Origin: Nemertoderma westbladi
Taxonomy: Eukaryota > Animalia > Xenacoelomorpha
NCBI GenBank assembly: GCA_032718475.1
Contig: JAUCBJ010004596.1
Coordinates: 1 to 61,466, forward strand
Length of the DNA stretch: 61,466 nucleotides
Direction: 5' to 3'
Part shown: one piece after another, positions 1 to 12,400 of the stretch
Position numbering within the stretch: the first letter of the stretch is position 1
How the letters are laid out: every line of letters begins with the position of its first letter
Translations under genes and position numbers: made by a program
Notes under the pieces: generated by a model
Told to the model about the DNA's origin: nothing
Databases searched by the model: none
Seen by the model: the letters and a program-made list of their open reading frames with translations, nothing else

Positions 1-1
1 C

Positions 2-3000
2 GATGTAGAATCTTCGCGGTTATCCGTTGCTCTCGACGAGGATAATACTTGCGCTGCTGAACTCGATGATGACGATTTCCCTCGTTCTCATATCAGTAAT
101 GCGGCTAGTTCAAGGGCCGGTCGCAGTCAGCTCATAGGTCGCGAGACCACCGAAGTCACTGCAGTACCAAGTTGTAATAATAACCGTGTTAGTTTTAATG
201 TTACCAATTTAAATGACAATAATGTATTTTCTACTGGTATGTCTGAAAGCAATAATAATTCAATCAATTTATCGAATATCACTAGTGTAAATATTTCAAG
301 TGCTTCTGTAGGCGTTGGTGTCTCCAGCATATTTACCAGTGCGCCACTAGGTACCAGTACTAGAAATTATTGTAATAATTTTGTCGAACCGTTACCACAT
401 TCGTCTACATACTGTAGCATTTATAATGGTTTTTCGGCGCCATTTGGCCCCAATACGTCTTTGTGCGGGGAAAGGTTCACAAATGCTATTTCCCCCCCTG
501 CACCCCCTACCACTTGGGCCTTGCACACTCCCCCCTTTGTTCCTCAGAGTGTTAATTTTCCCAGTGTTAACCCTTGTAGCCTATCCATGTCTGGTCTGGG
601 GTCAATGTCCTTTCCCACTGGGTTTAATAACGGGTCGGCTGTCGGTGGGTCAGTTGGGTCACCTACTGTCCCATCCATTGCAACGGCCCCTAAATCCCCT
701 CACGGTCAATCCACTATAGATAATTGGATTGATAGCGCTGAGTTAAGTGCTGCGACTTTACAAATGTCACATCAAACTATTCCACAACTTTCTACAGGGC
801 CATATAATCCATGGTCGCAGGTTAACCTAGAACCTTTTGATGGTAACGCTGCTAAATGGCCTGGATTTATATCTAGTTTTAAAGCGTTATATCACGATAC
901 CGTTCCATCCCTCGCTTTAAAAATGGCTATTTTACAAAATTCGCTCACAGAGGAAGTGCGCGAAAGTGTGTCTAGTTTTTTAGATGACCCTAATTTATAT
1001 TTTGATGCTCTAAAAGAATTAAGACGTATCTATGGCGATACGCATTTAGTTGCTAATGAGTCTAGTAAACGACTTAAAAACTTACCTGAAGTAAAAATGG
1101 GTAAAACACATTACGCCACTTTGAGAGAATTTTCAATAAAACTCAATGGTGCTATTAGCAGATTAAAACGATGCGGTTATACCGCCGACTTGTTTGCTAA
1201 CAACAACATTGATGACGTCATGGCAAAATTACCTCCATCTTTTCATTATGAATGGAGTAAACGAGTTTTAGATAATCGTCCCCAACAACCATCACTAGAA
1301 CATCTAAATAGTTGGATTGCCATAAAACTAGAGCGCGCTAGAATTGCTGAAGGAAGTTTACAGGCGGCAAGTAGTAATAAACACAATAATTCGGAAAGGT
1401 TGGTTCAGTCAAATCAAAAGAATGTTACCAGCACGAATAAAAATAAAAATCAGATTTCTAGCAAAGGTCAAATTACTATACATACGCCTACAATAGCAGC
1501 AATTCATGCGCCATCTAGTGGTGATACTTTAAATTCAAATAAAGTTGAAAATCAAAGCGTTTCAAAAACAAAAAAGAAAGTTTCTACTAATTCAACTGCT
1601 ATGGGTAGTGGTAAATTTACACCACAGAGCAGTGTTATTGAAACCAGCTGTGTGGCGTGTAATGGTAAACATGCTCTGATGAAGTGCAGTGTGTTTAACA
1701 GTATGGATCCTGAAGACCGTGGTGATGTAATTCGCAAACATAATTTGTGTTTTGCATGCGGTGTTCCTGGTCATTCTGCAGTTGATTGTAAAATTAAAGT
1801 TCCGTGTGATGAGGAGGGCTGTTTTAAGCGTCACCATACTCTCCTCCATAATGCACCCAGAGTGTTTACTGCAAAGAATTTTAGCAGTAAAGGTTACGAT
1901 TTTATTAAAAATTCTGACAGTGATAAGTCAAATTCCAAGCATGTGGGCACAGCATCGGTTTCAGCTGTTGCTGAACTTTCTAAAGTTGCTTTACAAATTG
2001 TTCCTGTATGCGTCATAGAACAATCGTCTGGTAAGATTTTAAACAATAAATTCGCATTTCTAGACCCAGGTTCTGAAACTTCACTTATATCATCTCGATT
2101 AGCTGAACAATTAGGCTTAAAAGGTCCTAATAAAATTGTACAATTTGGTAATTTTCAGGATGACGGTAAAGTTGGGTTTGCTTGTGAGAGTGAATTTGCT
2201 GTGTCACACTGTAAGGGTGGTCTGCAATATCGTATTCCCAAAGCTTGGATCGTACCTCGTATTAATGTTGGTCGACAATATTTCGACTGGCCAAATATGA
2301 AATCTTCATGGGCCCATCTTAAAGACTTAGACCTGCCCATCATAGATTCAGCCAATGTTGATATTTTATTAGGTGCTGATGTTTTCGATGTTATTTGGCC
2401 TCTTGAATTTCGAAAGGGACCATCTGGTTCACCAATTGCGGTTCGTACTAATTTTGGTTGGACTTGTACATCACGCGTCCCCCTTGTACCAATGTCTGAT
2501 ACAGAACAGCTTCAGGTATCGCACATTCGCATAACTCCTTTAGATACTGAAAGTAATTTAGCAGATTCTGAATTTCAGTTACTCGATTCTGTTAAGAGAT
2601 TCTGGACAACCGAATCATTTGGAGTAAGGCCTTGCAAGGCCCTTCCTATTGCGGCTGAAGAGTCTCGAGCTATAGAACTCTTAAATAAGAACACAAAATG
2701 TGTCAATAATCGCTATGTCACGAGTTTATTGTGGGCAGAGGATAATACCAAATTGCCAAATAATATTTCCTCTGCATATAAGCGTCTTCTTTCAGTAGAG
2801 AGGCGACTTAAACGTGAACCTGAGTTAGCTACAATCTATGAATCCACAATCAATGGTTATATAGAAAAGGGTTTCGCTGTTAAGGTTGATTCCAAGGATC
2901 TTAAAGGGCCAGTAGGTAAGACTTGGTATCTTCCACACCATCCAGTTGTCCACCCATGTAAGCCTGGGAAGGTGAGGCCGGTGTTTGATGCATCGGCCAG

Positions 3001-5902
3001 ACACAATGGTGTCTCCCTCAATGACAAACTTCTCAAGGGTCCTGATTTTTTAAACAGTCTTCAAGGCTGCCTTCTTAAGTTTAGGAAGAAGCCCATAGCA
3101 ATATCCGGAGATATAACGGCTATGTATCATCAAGTGATGGTGAAGAAAGAAGATCAGGATTTTCTTCGTTTTTTATGGGGAGGCCTTGAACGTCAAGGTC
3201 CTCCAACTGTCTATAAGATGGTTCGTGAATGCTTTGGATGCATCTCTTCAACGTGTTCGTGTATCTATGCACTCAATCGAACTGCATTGGATAATGAACA
3301 GCAGTATCCTGTTGCTTCTAAAAAGGTTCTTTCGCATTTCTATGCAGATAACTATTTTGATTCGTGTGATAGTGAGGAAGAAGCTATAACCCTTGTTAAG
3401 AATATGATTGATTTACTTTCTTTGGGGAGCTTTCCACTAGGACAATGGATGTCTTCATCAAAGAGAGTGCTATCAACTATACCTACTAAGCAGTTAGCAA
3501 ATCCATCAATCGACCTAGATCTTGATGAGCTTCCAATTGAGCGAGCCCTAGGTGTTCGTTGGGATTGTAGTAGAGATACCTTCGTATTCTTTACACAGCT
3601 TAAGGATAAGATTCCGACAAAGAGGAATGTCCTGCGACAGGTGGCATCCATCTTTGATCCACTCGGTGTACTATCTCCCATTCTTTTAACCGCTAAAATC
3701 TTACTTCAGGATTGTTGGCGCCGTGAACTACCTTGGGATGAGAATCTTCATGATGATCTTAAAATTCGTTGGGAGGAATGGTTAAGTGATCTTTCCAACC
3801 TCCATAAGATAGAAATCCCACGTTGCTATTCATCATCTTTTAGTCCTGTAGTCAAATCGCAGCTGCATGTGTTTTCAGATGCGTCTGAAAAGGGGTTTGG
3901 TGCAGTTGCATATTTCCGTACTCTTCATTCCGATGATGCTATTGACATTAGTTTAGTCATGGCGAAATCTAGGAATGCTCCAGTCAAGCCCTTGACTGTA
4001 CCTCGGTTGGAACTGCAAGGCGCCGTCATGGCAACTCGCCTTGCTAGCTTGATTTGTGAGGAATTGTCATTGATAATTTCAGAAGTAATGTTTCATTTAG
4101 ATGCCAAGACTGTCCTTGGGTGGATAACTTCCTTAGCCTGTCGATATCATACCTTTGTAGCCCACAGAGTTGGTGAAATTCTGGATGTAACCACCCCTAG
4201 TCAGTGGAATTTCATACCAGGCGAACTTAATCCAGCAGATTATTGCAGTCGTCCAACTTCAATAGATCAGCTGATTGCTGAAGAGTCTTGGTTTCATGGT
4301 CCATTGTTTCTTTCTTTGCCAGAGAGTGAATGGCCCACCTTTAAATCTAATATCATTGTGCCAACTGTATATGATGTGGAGGTCAAGTCAGTCAACACTC
4401 TTCTTGTAACTGAAGTGGATAACGTTTTCTTAACTTTGATTTCCAAAATATCCGTATTACTACGTCTAAAGAGAATAACCTCCTGGGTATTTCGATTTGT
4501 GAGAAATTGTAAGAAGCGTAAGAGTGAGCGGGTCATTGGCCCCCTTTTGCCAAGAGAATTAAAAAACTCATTGGACTTTCTGATCAAAAGGGTTCAAGAA
4601 GATTCTTACCCCATTGAAGTGTGTAAACTTTCCCTAGGTGTTGCAATCCCAACTGATAGCAGCCTATTGACTCTAACCCCAATTCTTAATGAGTCTGGTT
4701 TGCTTGTCGTAGGTGGTAGGATTAGCAAATCTGATCTCTCCATATCAACTCGGCACCCAGTCATCTTACCTAAAGATGCCCATCTCACCAAGCTTATCAT
4801 TGAGGATGTCCATGATAATGTATTACATGAAGGTGTGGAGCAGACCCTAAATGCCCTCAGGCAATCTTTTTGGGTTCCTTCAGGTAGACTTTATGTGAAG
4901 AAGGTCTTAAATAAGTGCCTCGTCTGTAAGAAACGTCGTGTAAAGCCCGAAACACCACTGATGGCGGCACTGCCACGTCCTCGTCTTTCCCCCATGACTT
5001 ATACATTTGTAAATATTGGAATTGACTACATGGGTCCATTCTACACCAAGTTATTGCGTAGGTCCATGAAGCGTTATGTTCTTCTCACAACATGTCTCGT
5101 AACTCGCGCAGTTCATCTGGAGCTCGCCTATTCATTAGATACTAATTCTTTTCTGATGGCATTCCGTCGCATGATTGCTCGTCGTGGAAACCCATCAATT
5201 GTGTATAGCGATAATGGTTCGAATTTCACTTGTGGTGAAAAGGAACTTCGTCAATCTCTTGACAGTTGGAATCAAGAGGTTATTGTCGATGCATTATCTC
5301 AGAAGGGTATCAAGTGGTATTTCAACCCTCCATCAGGTCCTCACTTTGGAGGAAGTTGGGAACGACCAGTTCAGTCAGCTAAGAAAGCTCTTAAAATTGT
5401 TCTTGGTAATCAATTAGTTTCTGATGAACTCCTTATGACTGTCTTGGCTGAAGTTGAACGTCTTCTCAACAGTCGTCCTTTAACTCATGTCAGCGTGGAT
5501 CCAAATGACCCAGAAGCTCTAACACCTAATCATATACTGTTAGGTCGAGCAAATCCAAACCTCCCTCCTGGAATCTTTGACGACAAAGATATATGTTCTA
5601 AGAGTTTGTGGAAAGCTACTCAAGCCATCACCAGCCAATTCTGGCGGCGATGGATGAGAGAATATGTGCCTTCACTTATTGAACGCAGAGTGTGGCTCCA
5701 TGAGCGCCGCAATCTGAGTGTGAATGATATTGTGCTCGTGATTGAACCGAACACCCCACGTGGACAATGGCCACTAGGCAGAGTAGTAGAAACTTTTTCT
5801 GGTAGTGATGGCATTGTTAGGTCGGTTAAAGTTCGTATGAAAAACAAGGATTACACTCGACCAGCTGTAAAACTATGCTTATTGGAGGAAGCACGTGAAT
5901 AG
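2..5902 (+). CDS. BEL/Pao LTR retrotransposon gag-pol polyprotein (5'-partial; frame open from the window edge)
   Basis: 1887-aa ORF 239-5902, and the same frame has no stop from position 2. Domains in BEL order: DUF1759-like gag (FDGNAAKWPGFISSF), three Zn knuckles (CVACNGKHALMKC, CFACGVPGHSAVDC, CDEEGCFKRHHTLLH), aspartic protease (FLDPGSETS), RT (YLPHHPV, VFDASA, LLKGPD, YADN), RNase H (VFSDAS, PRLELQGA, NPAD), integrase HHCC and DDE (IDYMGP, SDNGSNF, GGSWER), C-terminal DUF5641-like tail. Confidence 0.97.
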   Translation, partial: DVESSRLSVALDEDNTCAAELDDDDFPRSHISNAASSRAGRSQLIGRETTEVTAVPSCNNNRVSFNVTNLNDNNVFSTGMSESNNNSINLSNITSVNISSASVGVGVSSIFTSAPLGTSTRNYCNNFVEPLPHSSTYCSIYNGFSAPFGPNTSLCGERFTNAISPPAPPTTWALHTPPFVPQSVNFPSVNPCSLSMSGLGSMSFPTGFNNGSAVGGSVGSPTVPSIATAPKSPHGQSTIDNWIDSAELSAATLQMSHQTIPQLSTGPYNPWSQVNLEPFDGNAAKWPGFISSFKALYHDTVPSLALKMAILQNSLTEEVRESVSSFLDDPNLYFDALKELRRIYGDTHLVANESSKRLKNLPEVKMGKTHYATLREFSIKLNGAISRLKRCGYTADLFANNNIDDVMAKLPPSFHYEWSKRVLDNRPQQPSLEHLNSWIAIKLERARIAEGSLQAASSNKHNNSERLVQSNQKNVTSTNKNKNQISSKGQITIHTPTIAAIHAPSSGDTLNSNKVENQSVSKTKKKVSTNSTAMGSGKFTPQSSVIETSCVACNGKHALMKCSVFNSMDPEDRGDVIRKHNLCFACGVPGHSAVDCKIKVPCDEEGCFKRHHTLLHNAPRVFTAKNFSSKGYDFIKNSDSDKSNSKHVGTASVSAVAELSKVALQIVPVCVIEQSSGKILNNKFAFLDPGSETSLISSRLAEQLGLKGPNKIVQFGNFQDDGKVGFACESEFAVSHCKGGLQYRIPKAWIVPRINVGRQYFDWPNMKSSWAHLKDLDLPIIDSANVDILLGADVFDVIWPLEFRKGPSGSPIAVRTNFGWTCTSRVPLVPMSDTEQLQVSHIRITPLDTESNLADSEFQLLDSVKRFWTTESFGVRPCKALPIAAEESRAIELLNKNTKCVNNRYVTSLLWAEDNTKLPNNISSAYKRLLSVERRLKREPELATIYESTINGYIEKGFAVKVDSKDLKGPVGKTWYLPHHPVVHPCKPGKVRPVFDASARHNGVSLNDKLLKGPDFLNSLQGCLLKFRKKPIAISGDITAMYHQVMVKKEDQDFLRFLWGGLERQGPPTVYKMVRECFGCISSTCSCIYALNRTALDNEQQYPVASKKVLSHFYADNYFDSCDSEEEAITLVKNMIDLLSLGSFPLGQWMSSSKRVLSTIPTKQLANPSIDLDLDELPIERALGVRWDCSRDTFVFFTQLKDKIPTKRNVLRQVASIFDPLGVLSPILLTAKILLQDCWRRELPWDENLHDDLKIRWEEWLSDLSNLHKIEIPRCYSSSFSPVVKSQLHVFSDASEKGFGAVAYFRTLHSDDAIDISLVMAKSRNAPVKPLTVPRLELQGAVMATRLASLICEELSLIISEVMFHLDAKTVLGWITSLACRYHTFVAHRVGEILDVTTPSQWNFIPGELNPADYCSRPTSIDQLIAEESWFHGPLFLSLPESEWPTFKSNIIVPTVYDVEVKSVNTLLVTEVDNVFLTLISKISVLLRLKRITSWVFRFVRNCKKRKSERVIGPLLPRELKNSLDFLIKRVQEDSYPIEVCKLSLGVAIPTDSSLLTLTPILNESGLLVVGGRISKSDLSISTRHPVILPKDAHLTKLIIEDVHDNVLHEGVEQTLNALRQSFWVPSGRLYVKKVLNKCLVCKKRRVKPETPLMAALPRPRLSPMTYTFVNIGIDYMGPFYTKLLRRSMKRYVLLTTCLVTRAVHLELAYSLDTNSFLMAFRRMIARRGNPSIVYSDNGSNFTCGEKELRQSLDSWNQEVIVDALSQKGIKWYFNPPSGPHFGGSWERPVQSAKKALKIVLGNQLVSDELLMTVLAEVERLLNSRPLTHVSVDPNDPEALTPNHILLGRANPNLPPGIFDDKDICSKSLWKATQAITSQFWRRWMREYVPSLIERRVWLHERRNLSVNDIVLVIEPNTPRGQWPLGRVVETFSGSDGIVRSVKVRMKNKDYTRPAVKLCLLEEARE

Positions 5903-5950
5903 TTTTTGTTATTTAGTAAAGTCACAGTCGTCGGACTTTAGGGTCGGCTA

Positions 5951-6319
5951 TGTTGCAGCAGACCTCGTTCCCCCTCGTTTCCCCCCTTATTTATCGGTCC
6001 AAATCTTTATACAGTATTAACATTTAACATGACGTAATTATTATCAAGCAGCCATTTTGGCAACTTCCGGTTACTTACTTATGTCTCGGTGCTACCGGTA
6101 ATTATTGTCTTTATGTGTATCACCTATCATCGTATTCATTCTTCATCATGTTAGGCCTAGTGCTGTAGTTTATATTACATATGTCTGTATGTCAAGCTGA
6201 GACACAACGCTCTACCGTAACTATGTAACTCAAGTAACTAACGTTAACGTAACTCAAGTAACTTAATAATAATAATTACTGAAGCAACGTATACTATTTT
6301 TCTGCATACCCGTTAAACA
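5951..6319 (+). repeat. Probable 3' LTR of the BEL element
   Basis: TGTTGC follows GGGTCGGCTA (5941-5950) about 50 bp after the pol stop. Candidate ends are ...AAACA (6319) or ...ATACA (6362). No 5' LTR is in the window to confirm. Confidence 0.6.
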
Positions 6320-6440
6320 ATATATGGCAGGCGAGAATCGATTAGGCTGTTAGTTCAATACAGTAATATCCTGCCGTTTTGTCTGTCAGACTACGAGTCT
6401 GGCAGCCTGGGTCTCACGGATTCTACTTACTACGGATTCT

Positions 6441-9400
6441 AACTTAGAGTTCTGTGTGAACCCGGTAGATGAGTAGTAGAGTAAACAAAACTTTGAGTGC
6501 TGTGTGAACCCGGTAGCTGAGTAGTAGAGTAAACAAAACTTAGAGTGCTGTGTGAACCTGGTAGATGAGTAGTAGAGTAAACAAAACTTAGAGTGCTGTG
6601 TGAACCCGGTAGAGGAGTAGTAGAGTAAACAAAACTTAGAGTGCTGTGTGAACCCGGTAGATGAGTAGTAGAGTGTTGTGTGAACCTGGTAGCTGAGTAG
6701 TAGAGTAAACAAAACTTTGAGTGCTGTGTGAACCCGGTAGATGAGTAGTAGAGTAAACAAAACGTAGGCTGTGTGAACCCGGTAGAGGAGTAGTAGAGTA
6801 AACAAAACTTAGAGTGCTGTGTGAACCCGGTAGATGAGTAGTAGAGTAAACAAAACTTAGAGTGCTGTGTGAACCCTTGTAGATGAGTAGTAGTGTAAAC
6901 AAAACTTTGAGTGCTGTGTGAACCCGGTAGATGAGTAGTAGAGTAAACAAAACGTAGGCTGTGTGAACCCGGTAGAGGAGTAGTAGAGTAAACAAAACTT
7001 AGAGTGCTGTGTGAACCCGGTAGATGAGTAGTAGAGTAAACAAAACTTAGAGTGCTGTGTGAACCCGGTAGATGAGTAGTAGAGTAAACAAAACTTAGAG
7101 TGCTGTGTGAACCCGGTAGATGAGTAGTAGAGTAAACAAAACGTAGGCTGTGTGAACCCGGTAGAGGAGTAGTAGAGTAAACAAAAGTTAGAGTGCTGTG
7201 TGAACCCGGTAGATGAGTAGTAGAGTAAACAAAACTTAGAGTGCTGTGTGAACCCGGTAGATGAGTAGTAGAGTAAACAAAACTTAGAGTGCTGTGTGAA
7301 CCCGGTAGAGGAGTAGTAGAGTAAACAAAACTTAGAGTGCTGTGTGAACCCGGTAGATGAGTAGTAGAGTAGTAGAGTAAACAAAACTTAGAGTGCTGTG
7401 TGAACCCGGTAGATGAGTAGTAGAGTAAACAAAACTTAGAGTGCTGTGTGAACCCGGTAGATGAGTAGTAGTGTAAACAAAACTTTGAGTGCTGTGTGAA
7501 CCCGGTAGATGAGTAGTAGAGTAAACAAAACGTAGGCTGTGTGAACCCGGTAGATGAGTAGTAGAGTAAACAAAACTTAGAGTGCTGTGTGAACCCGGTA
7601 GATGAGTAGTAGAGTAAACAAAACTTAGAGTTCTGTGTGAACCCGGTAGATGAGTAGTAGAGTAAACAAAACTTTGAGTGCTGTGTGAACCCGGTAGCTG
7701 AGTAGTAGAGTATACAAAACTTAGAGTGCTGTGTGAACCTGGTAGATGAGTAGTAGAGTAAACAAAACTTCGAGTGCTGTGTGAACCCGGTAGAGGAGTA
7801 GTAGAGTAAACAAAACTTAGAGTGCTGTGTGAACCCGGTAGATGAGTAGTAGAGTGCTGTGTGAACCTGGTAGCTGAGTAGTAGAGTAAACAAAACTTTG
7901 AGTGCTGTGTGAACCCGGTAGATGAGTAGTAGAGTAAACAAAACTTAGAGTGCTGTGTGAACCCGGTAGCTGAGTAGTAGAGTAAACAAAACTTAGAGTG
8001 CTGTGTGAACCTGGTAGATGAGTAGTAGAGTAAACAAAACTTAGAGTGCTGTGTGAACCCGGTAGAGGAGTAGTAGAGTAAACAAAACTTAGAGTGCTGT
8101 GTGAACCCGGTAGATGAGTAGTAGAGTGCTGTGTGAACCTGGTAGCTGAGTAGTAGAGTAAACAAAACTTTGAGTGCTGTGTGAACCCGGTAGCTGAGTA
8201 GTAGAGTAAACAAAACGTAGGCTGTGTGAACCCGGTAGAGGAGTAGTAGAGTAAACAAAACTTAGAGTGCTGTGTGAACCCGGTAGATGAGTAGTAGAGT
8301 AAACAAAACTTAGAGTGCTGTGTGAACCCGGTAGATGAGTAGTAGTGTAAACAAAACTTTGAGTGCTGTGTGAACCCGGTAGATGAGTAGTAGAGTAAAC
8401 AAAACGTAGGCTGTGTGAACCCGGTAGAGGAGTAGTAGAGTAAACAAAACTTAGAGTGCTGTGTGAACCCGGTAGATGAGTAGTAGAGTAAACAAAACTT
8501 AGAGTGCTGTGTGAACCCGGTAGATGAGTAGTAGAGTAAATAAAACTTAGAGTGCTGTGTGAACCCGGTAGATGAGTAGTAGAGTAAACAAAACTTAGAG
8601 TGCTGTGTGAACCCGGTAGATGAGTAGTAGTGTAAACAAAACTTTGAGTGCTGTGTGAACCCGGTAGATGAGTAGTAGAGTAAAAAAAACGTAGGCTGTG
8701 TGAACCCGGTAGATGAGTAGTAGAGTAAACAAAACTTAGAGTGCTGTGTGAACCCGGTAGATGAGTAGTAGAGTAAACAAAACTTAGAGTGCTGTGTGAA
8801 CCCGGTAGATGAGTAGTAGAGTAAACAAAACTTAGAGTGCTGTGTGAACCCGGTAGATGAGTAGTAGAGTAAACAAAACTTAGAGTGCTGTGTGAACCCG
8901 GTAGATGAGTAGTAGAGTAAACAAAACGTAGGCTGTGTGAACCCGGTAGCTGAGTAGTAGAGTAAACAAAACTTAGAGTGCTGTGTGAACCCGGTAGATG
9001 AGTAGTAGAGTAAACAAAACTTAGAGTGCTGTGTGAACCCGGTAGATGAGTAGTAGAGAAAACAAAACTTAGAGTGCTGTGTGAACCCGGTAGATGAGTA
9101 GTAGAGTAAACAAAACGTAGGCTGTGTGAACCCGGTAGAGGAGTAGTAGAGTAAACAAAACTTAGAGTGCTGTGTGAACCCGGTAGATGAGTAGTAGAGT
9201 AAACAAAACTTAGAGTGCTGTGTGAACCCGGTAGATGAGTAGTAGAGTAAACAAAACTTAGAGTGCTGTGTGAACCCGGTAGATGAGTAGTAGAGTAAAC
9301 AAAACGTAGGCTGTGTGAACCCGGTAGAGGAGTAGTAGAGTAAACAAAAGTTAGAGTGCTGTGTGAACCCGGTAGATGAGTAGTAGAGTAAACAAAACTT

Positions 9401-12400
9401 AGAGTGCTATGTGAACCCGGTAGATGAGTAGTAGAGTAAAAAAAACGCTATGTGAACCTGGTAGATGAGTAGTAGAGTAAACAAAGCTTAGAGTGCTGTG
9501 TGAACCCGGTAGATGAGTAGTAGAGTAAACAAAACTTAGAGTGCTGTGTGAACCCGGTAGATGAGTAGTAGAGTAAACAAAACTTTGAGTGCTGTGTGAA
9601 CCCGGTAGATGAGTAGTAGATTAAACAAAACTTAGAGTGGTGTGTGAACCCGGTAGATGAGTAGTAGAGTAAACAAAACTTTGAGTGCTGTGTGAACCCG
9701 GTAGATGAGTAGTAGAGTAAACAAAACTTAGAGTGCTGTGTGAACCCGGTAGATGAGTAGTAGAGTAAACAAAACTCTAGAGTGGTGTGTGAACCCGGTA
9801 GCTGAGTAGTAGAGTAAACAAAACGTAGAGTGCTGTGTGAACCCGGTAGTTGAGTAGTAGAGTAAACAAAACTTAGAGTGGTGTGTGAACCCGGTAGCTG
9901 AGTAGTAGAGTAAACAAAACTTAGAGTGGTGTGTGAACCCGGTAGCTGAGTAGTAGAGTAAACAAAACGTAGAGTGCTGTGTGAACCCGGTAGCTGAGTA
10001 GTAGAGTAAACAAAACGTAGAGTGCTGTGTGAACCCGGTAGATGAGTAGTAGAGTAAACAAAACTTTGAGTGCTGTGTGAACCCGGTAGCTGAGTAGTAG
10101 AGTAAACAAAACGTAGAGTGCTGTGTGAACCCGGTAGCTGAGTAGTAGAGTAAACAAAACGTAGAGTGCTGTGTGAACCCGGTAGATGAGTAGCAGAGTA
10201 AACAAAACGTAGAGTGCTGTGTGAACCCGGTAGATGAGTAGTAGAGTAAACAAAACTTAGAGTGCTGTGTGAACCCGGTAGATGAGTAGTAGAGTAAACA
10301 AAACTTAGAGTGCTGTGTGAACCCGGTAGATGAGTAGTAGAGTAAACAAAACTTAGAGTTCTGTGTGAACCCGGTAGATGAGTAGTAGAGTAAACAAAAC
10401 TTTGAGTGCTGTGTGAACCCGGTAGCTGAGTAGTAGAGTATACAAAACTTAGAGTGCTGTGTGAACCTGGTAGATGAGTAGTAGAGTAAACAAAACTTCG
10501 AGTGCTGTGTGAACCCGGTAGAGGAGTAGTAGAGTAAACAAAACTTAGAGTGCTGTGTGAACCCGGTAGATGAGTAGTAGAGTGCTGTGTGAACCTGGTA
10601 GCTGAGTAGTAGAGTAAACAAAACTTTGAGTGCTGTGTGAACCCGGTAGATGAGTAGTAGAGTAAACAAAACTTAGAGTGCTGTGTGAACCCGGTAGATG
10701 AGTAGTAGAGTAAACAAAACTTAGAGTTCTGTGTGAACCCGGTAGATGAGTAGTAGAGTAAACAAAACTTTGAGTGCTGTGTGAACCCGGTAGCTGAGTA
10801 GTAGAGTAAACAAAACTTAGAGTGCTGTGTGAACCTGGTAGATGAGTAGTAGAGTAAACAAAACTTAGAGTGCTGTGTGAACCCGGTAGAGGAGTAGTAG
10901 AGTAAACAAAACTTAGAGTGCTGTGTGAACCCGGTAGATGAGTAGTAGAGTAGTAGAGTAAACAAAACTTAGAGTGCTGTGTGAACCCGGTAGATGAGTA
11001 GTAGAGTAAACAAAACTTAGAGTGCTGTGTGAACCCGGTAGATGAGTAGTAGTGTAAACAAAACTTTGAGTGCTGTGTGAACCCGGTAGATGAGTAGTAG
11101 AGTAAACAAAACGTAGGCTGTGTGAACCCGGTAGATGAGTAGTAGAGTAAACAAAACTTAGAGTGCTGTGTGAACCCGGTAGATGAGTAGTAGAGTAAAC
11201 AAAACTTAGAGTTCTGTGTGAACCCGGTAGATGAGTAGTAGAGTAAACAAAACTTTGAGTGCTGTGTGAACCCGGTAGCTGAGTAGTAGAGTAAACAAAA
11301 CTTAGAGTGCTGTGTGAACCTGGTAGATGAGTAGTAGAGTAAACAAAACTTAGAGTGCTGTGTGAACCCGGTAGAGGAGTAGTAGAGTAAACAAAACTTA
11401 GAGTGCTGTGTGAACCCGGTAGATGAGTAGTAGAGTGCTGTGTGAACCTGGTAGCTGAGTAGTAGAGTAAACAAAACTTTGAGTGCTGTGTGAACCCGGT
11501 AGATGAGTAGTAGAGTAAACAAAACGTAGGCTGTGTGAACCCGGTAGAGGAGTAGTAGAGTAAACAAAACTTAGAGTGCTGTGTGAACCCGGTAGATGAG
11601 TAGTAGAGTAAACAAAACTTAGAGTGCTGTGTGAACCCGGTAGATGAGTAGTAGTGTAAACAAAACTTTGAGTGCTGTGTGAACCCGGTAGATGAGTAGT
11701 AGAGTAAACAAAACGTAGGCTGTGTGAACCCGGTAGAGGAGTAGTAGAGTAAACAAAACTTAGAGTGCTGTGTGAACCCGGTAGATGAGTAGTAGAGTAA
11801 ACAAAACTTAGAGTGCTGTGTGAACCCGGTAGATGAGTAGTAGAGTAAATAAAACTTAGAGTGCTGTGTGAACCCGGTAGATGAGTAGTAGAGTAAACAA
11901 AACTTAGAGTGCTGTGTGAACCCGGTAGATGAGTAGTAGTGTAAACAAAACTTTGAGTGCTGTGTGAACCCGGTAGATGAGTAGTAGAGTAAAAAAAACG
12001 TAGGCTGTGTGAACCCGGTAGATGAGTAGTAGAGTAAACAAAACTTAGAGTGCTGTGTGAACCCGGTAGATGAGTAGTAGAGTAAACAAAACTTAGAGTG
12101 CTGTGTGAACCCGGTAGATGAGTAGTAGAGTAAACAAAACTTAGAGTGCTGTGTGAACCCGGTAGATGAGTAGTAGAGTAAACAAAACTTAGAGTGCTGT
12201 GTGAACCCGGTAGATGAGTAGTAGAGTAAACAAAACGTAGGCTGTGTGAACCCGGTAGCTGAGTAGTAGAGTAAACAAAACTTAGAGTGCTGTGTGAACC
12301 CGGTAGATGAGTAGTAGAGTAAACAAAACTTAGAGTGCTGTGTGAACCCGGTAGATGAGTAGTAGAGAAAACAAAACTTAGAGTGCTGTGTGAACCCGGT

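Larger units (their letters stand above)
1..6319 (+). mobile_element. BEL/Pao LTR retrotransposon (5' end outside window)
   Basis: gag-pol ORF, short 3' spacer, PPT-like GGGTCGGCTA, then TGTTG start of a probable 3' LTR. The right boundary is uncertain. Confidence 0.9.

Noticed and set aside
127-5847. Small alternative-frame and antisense ORFs overlapping the BEL polyprotein
   Set aside because: No recognisable motifs. They are expected shadows of a long ORF.
6320-6340. TGGCAGGCGAG as a primer-binding site after the LTR
   Set aside because: It follows a 3' LTR, no tRNA 3' end match could be established, and no internal region follows.
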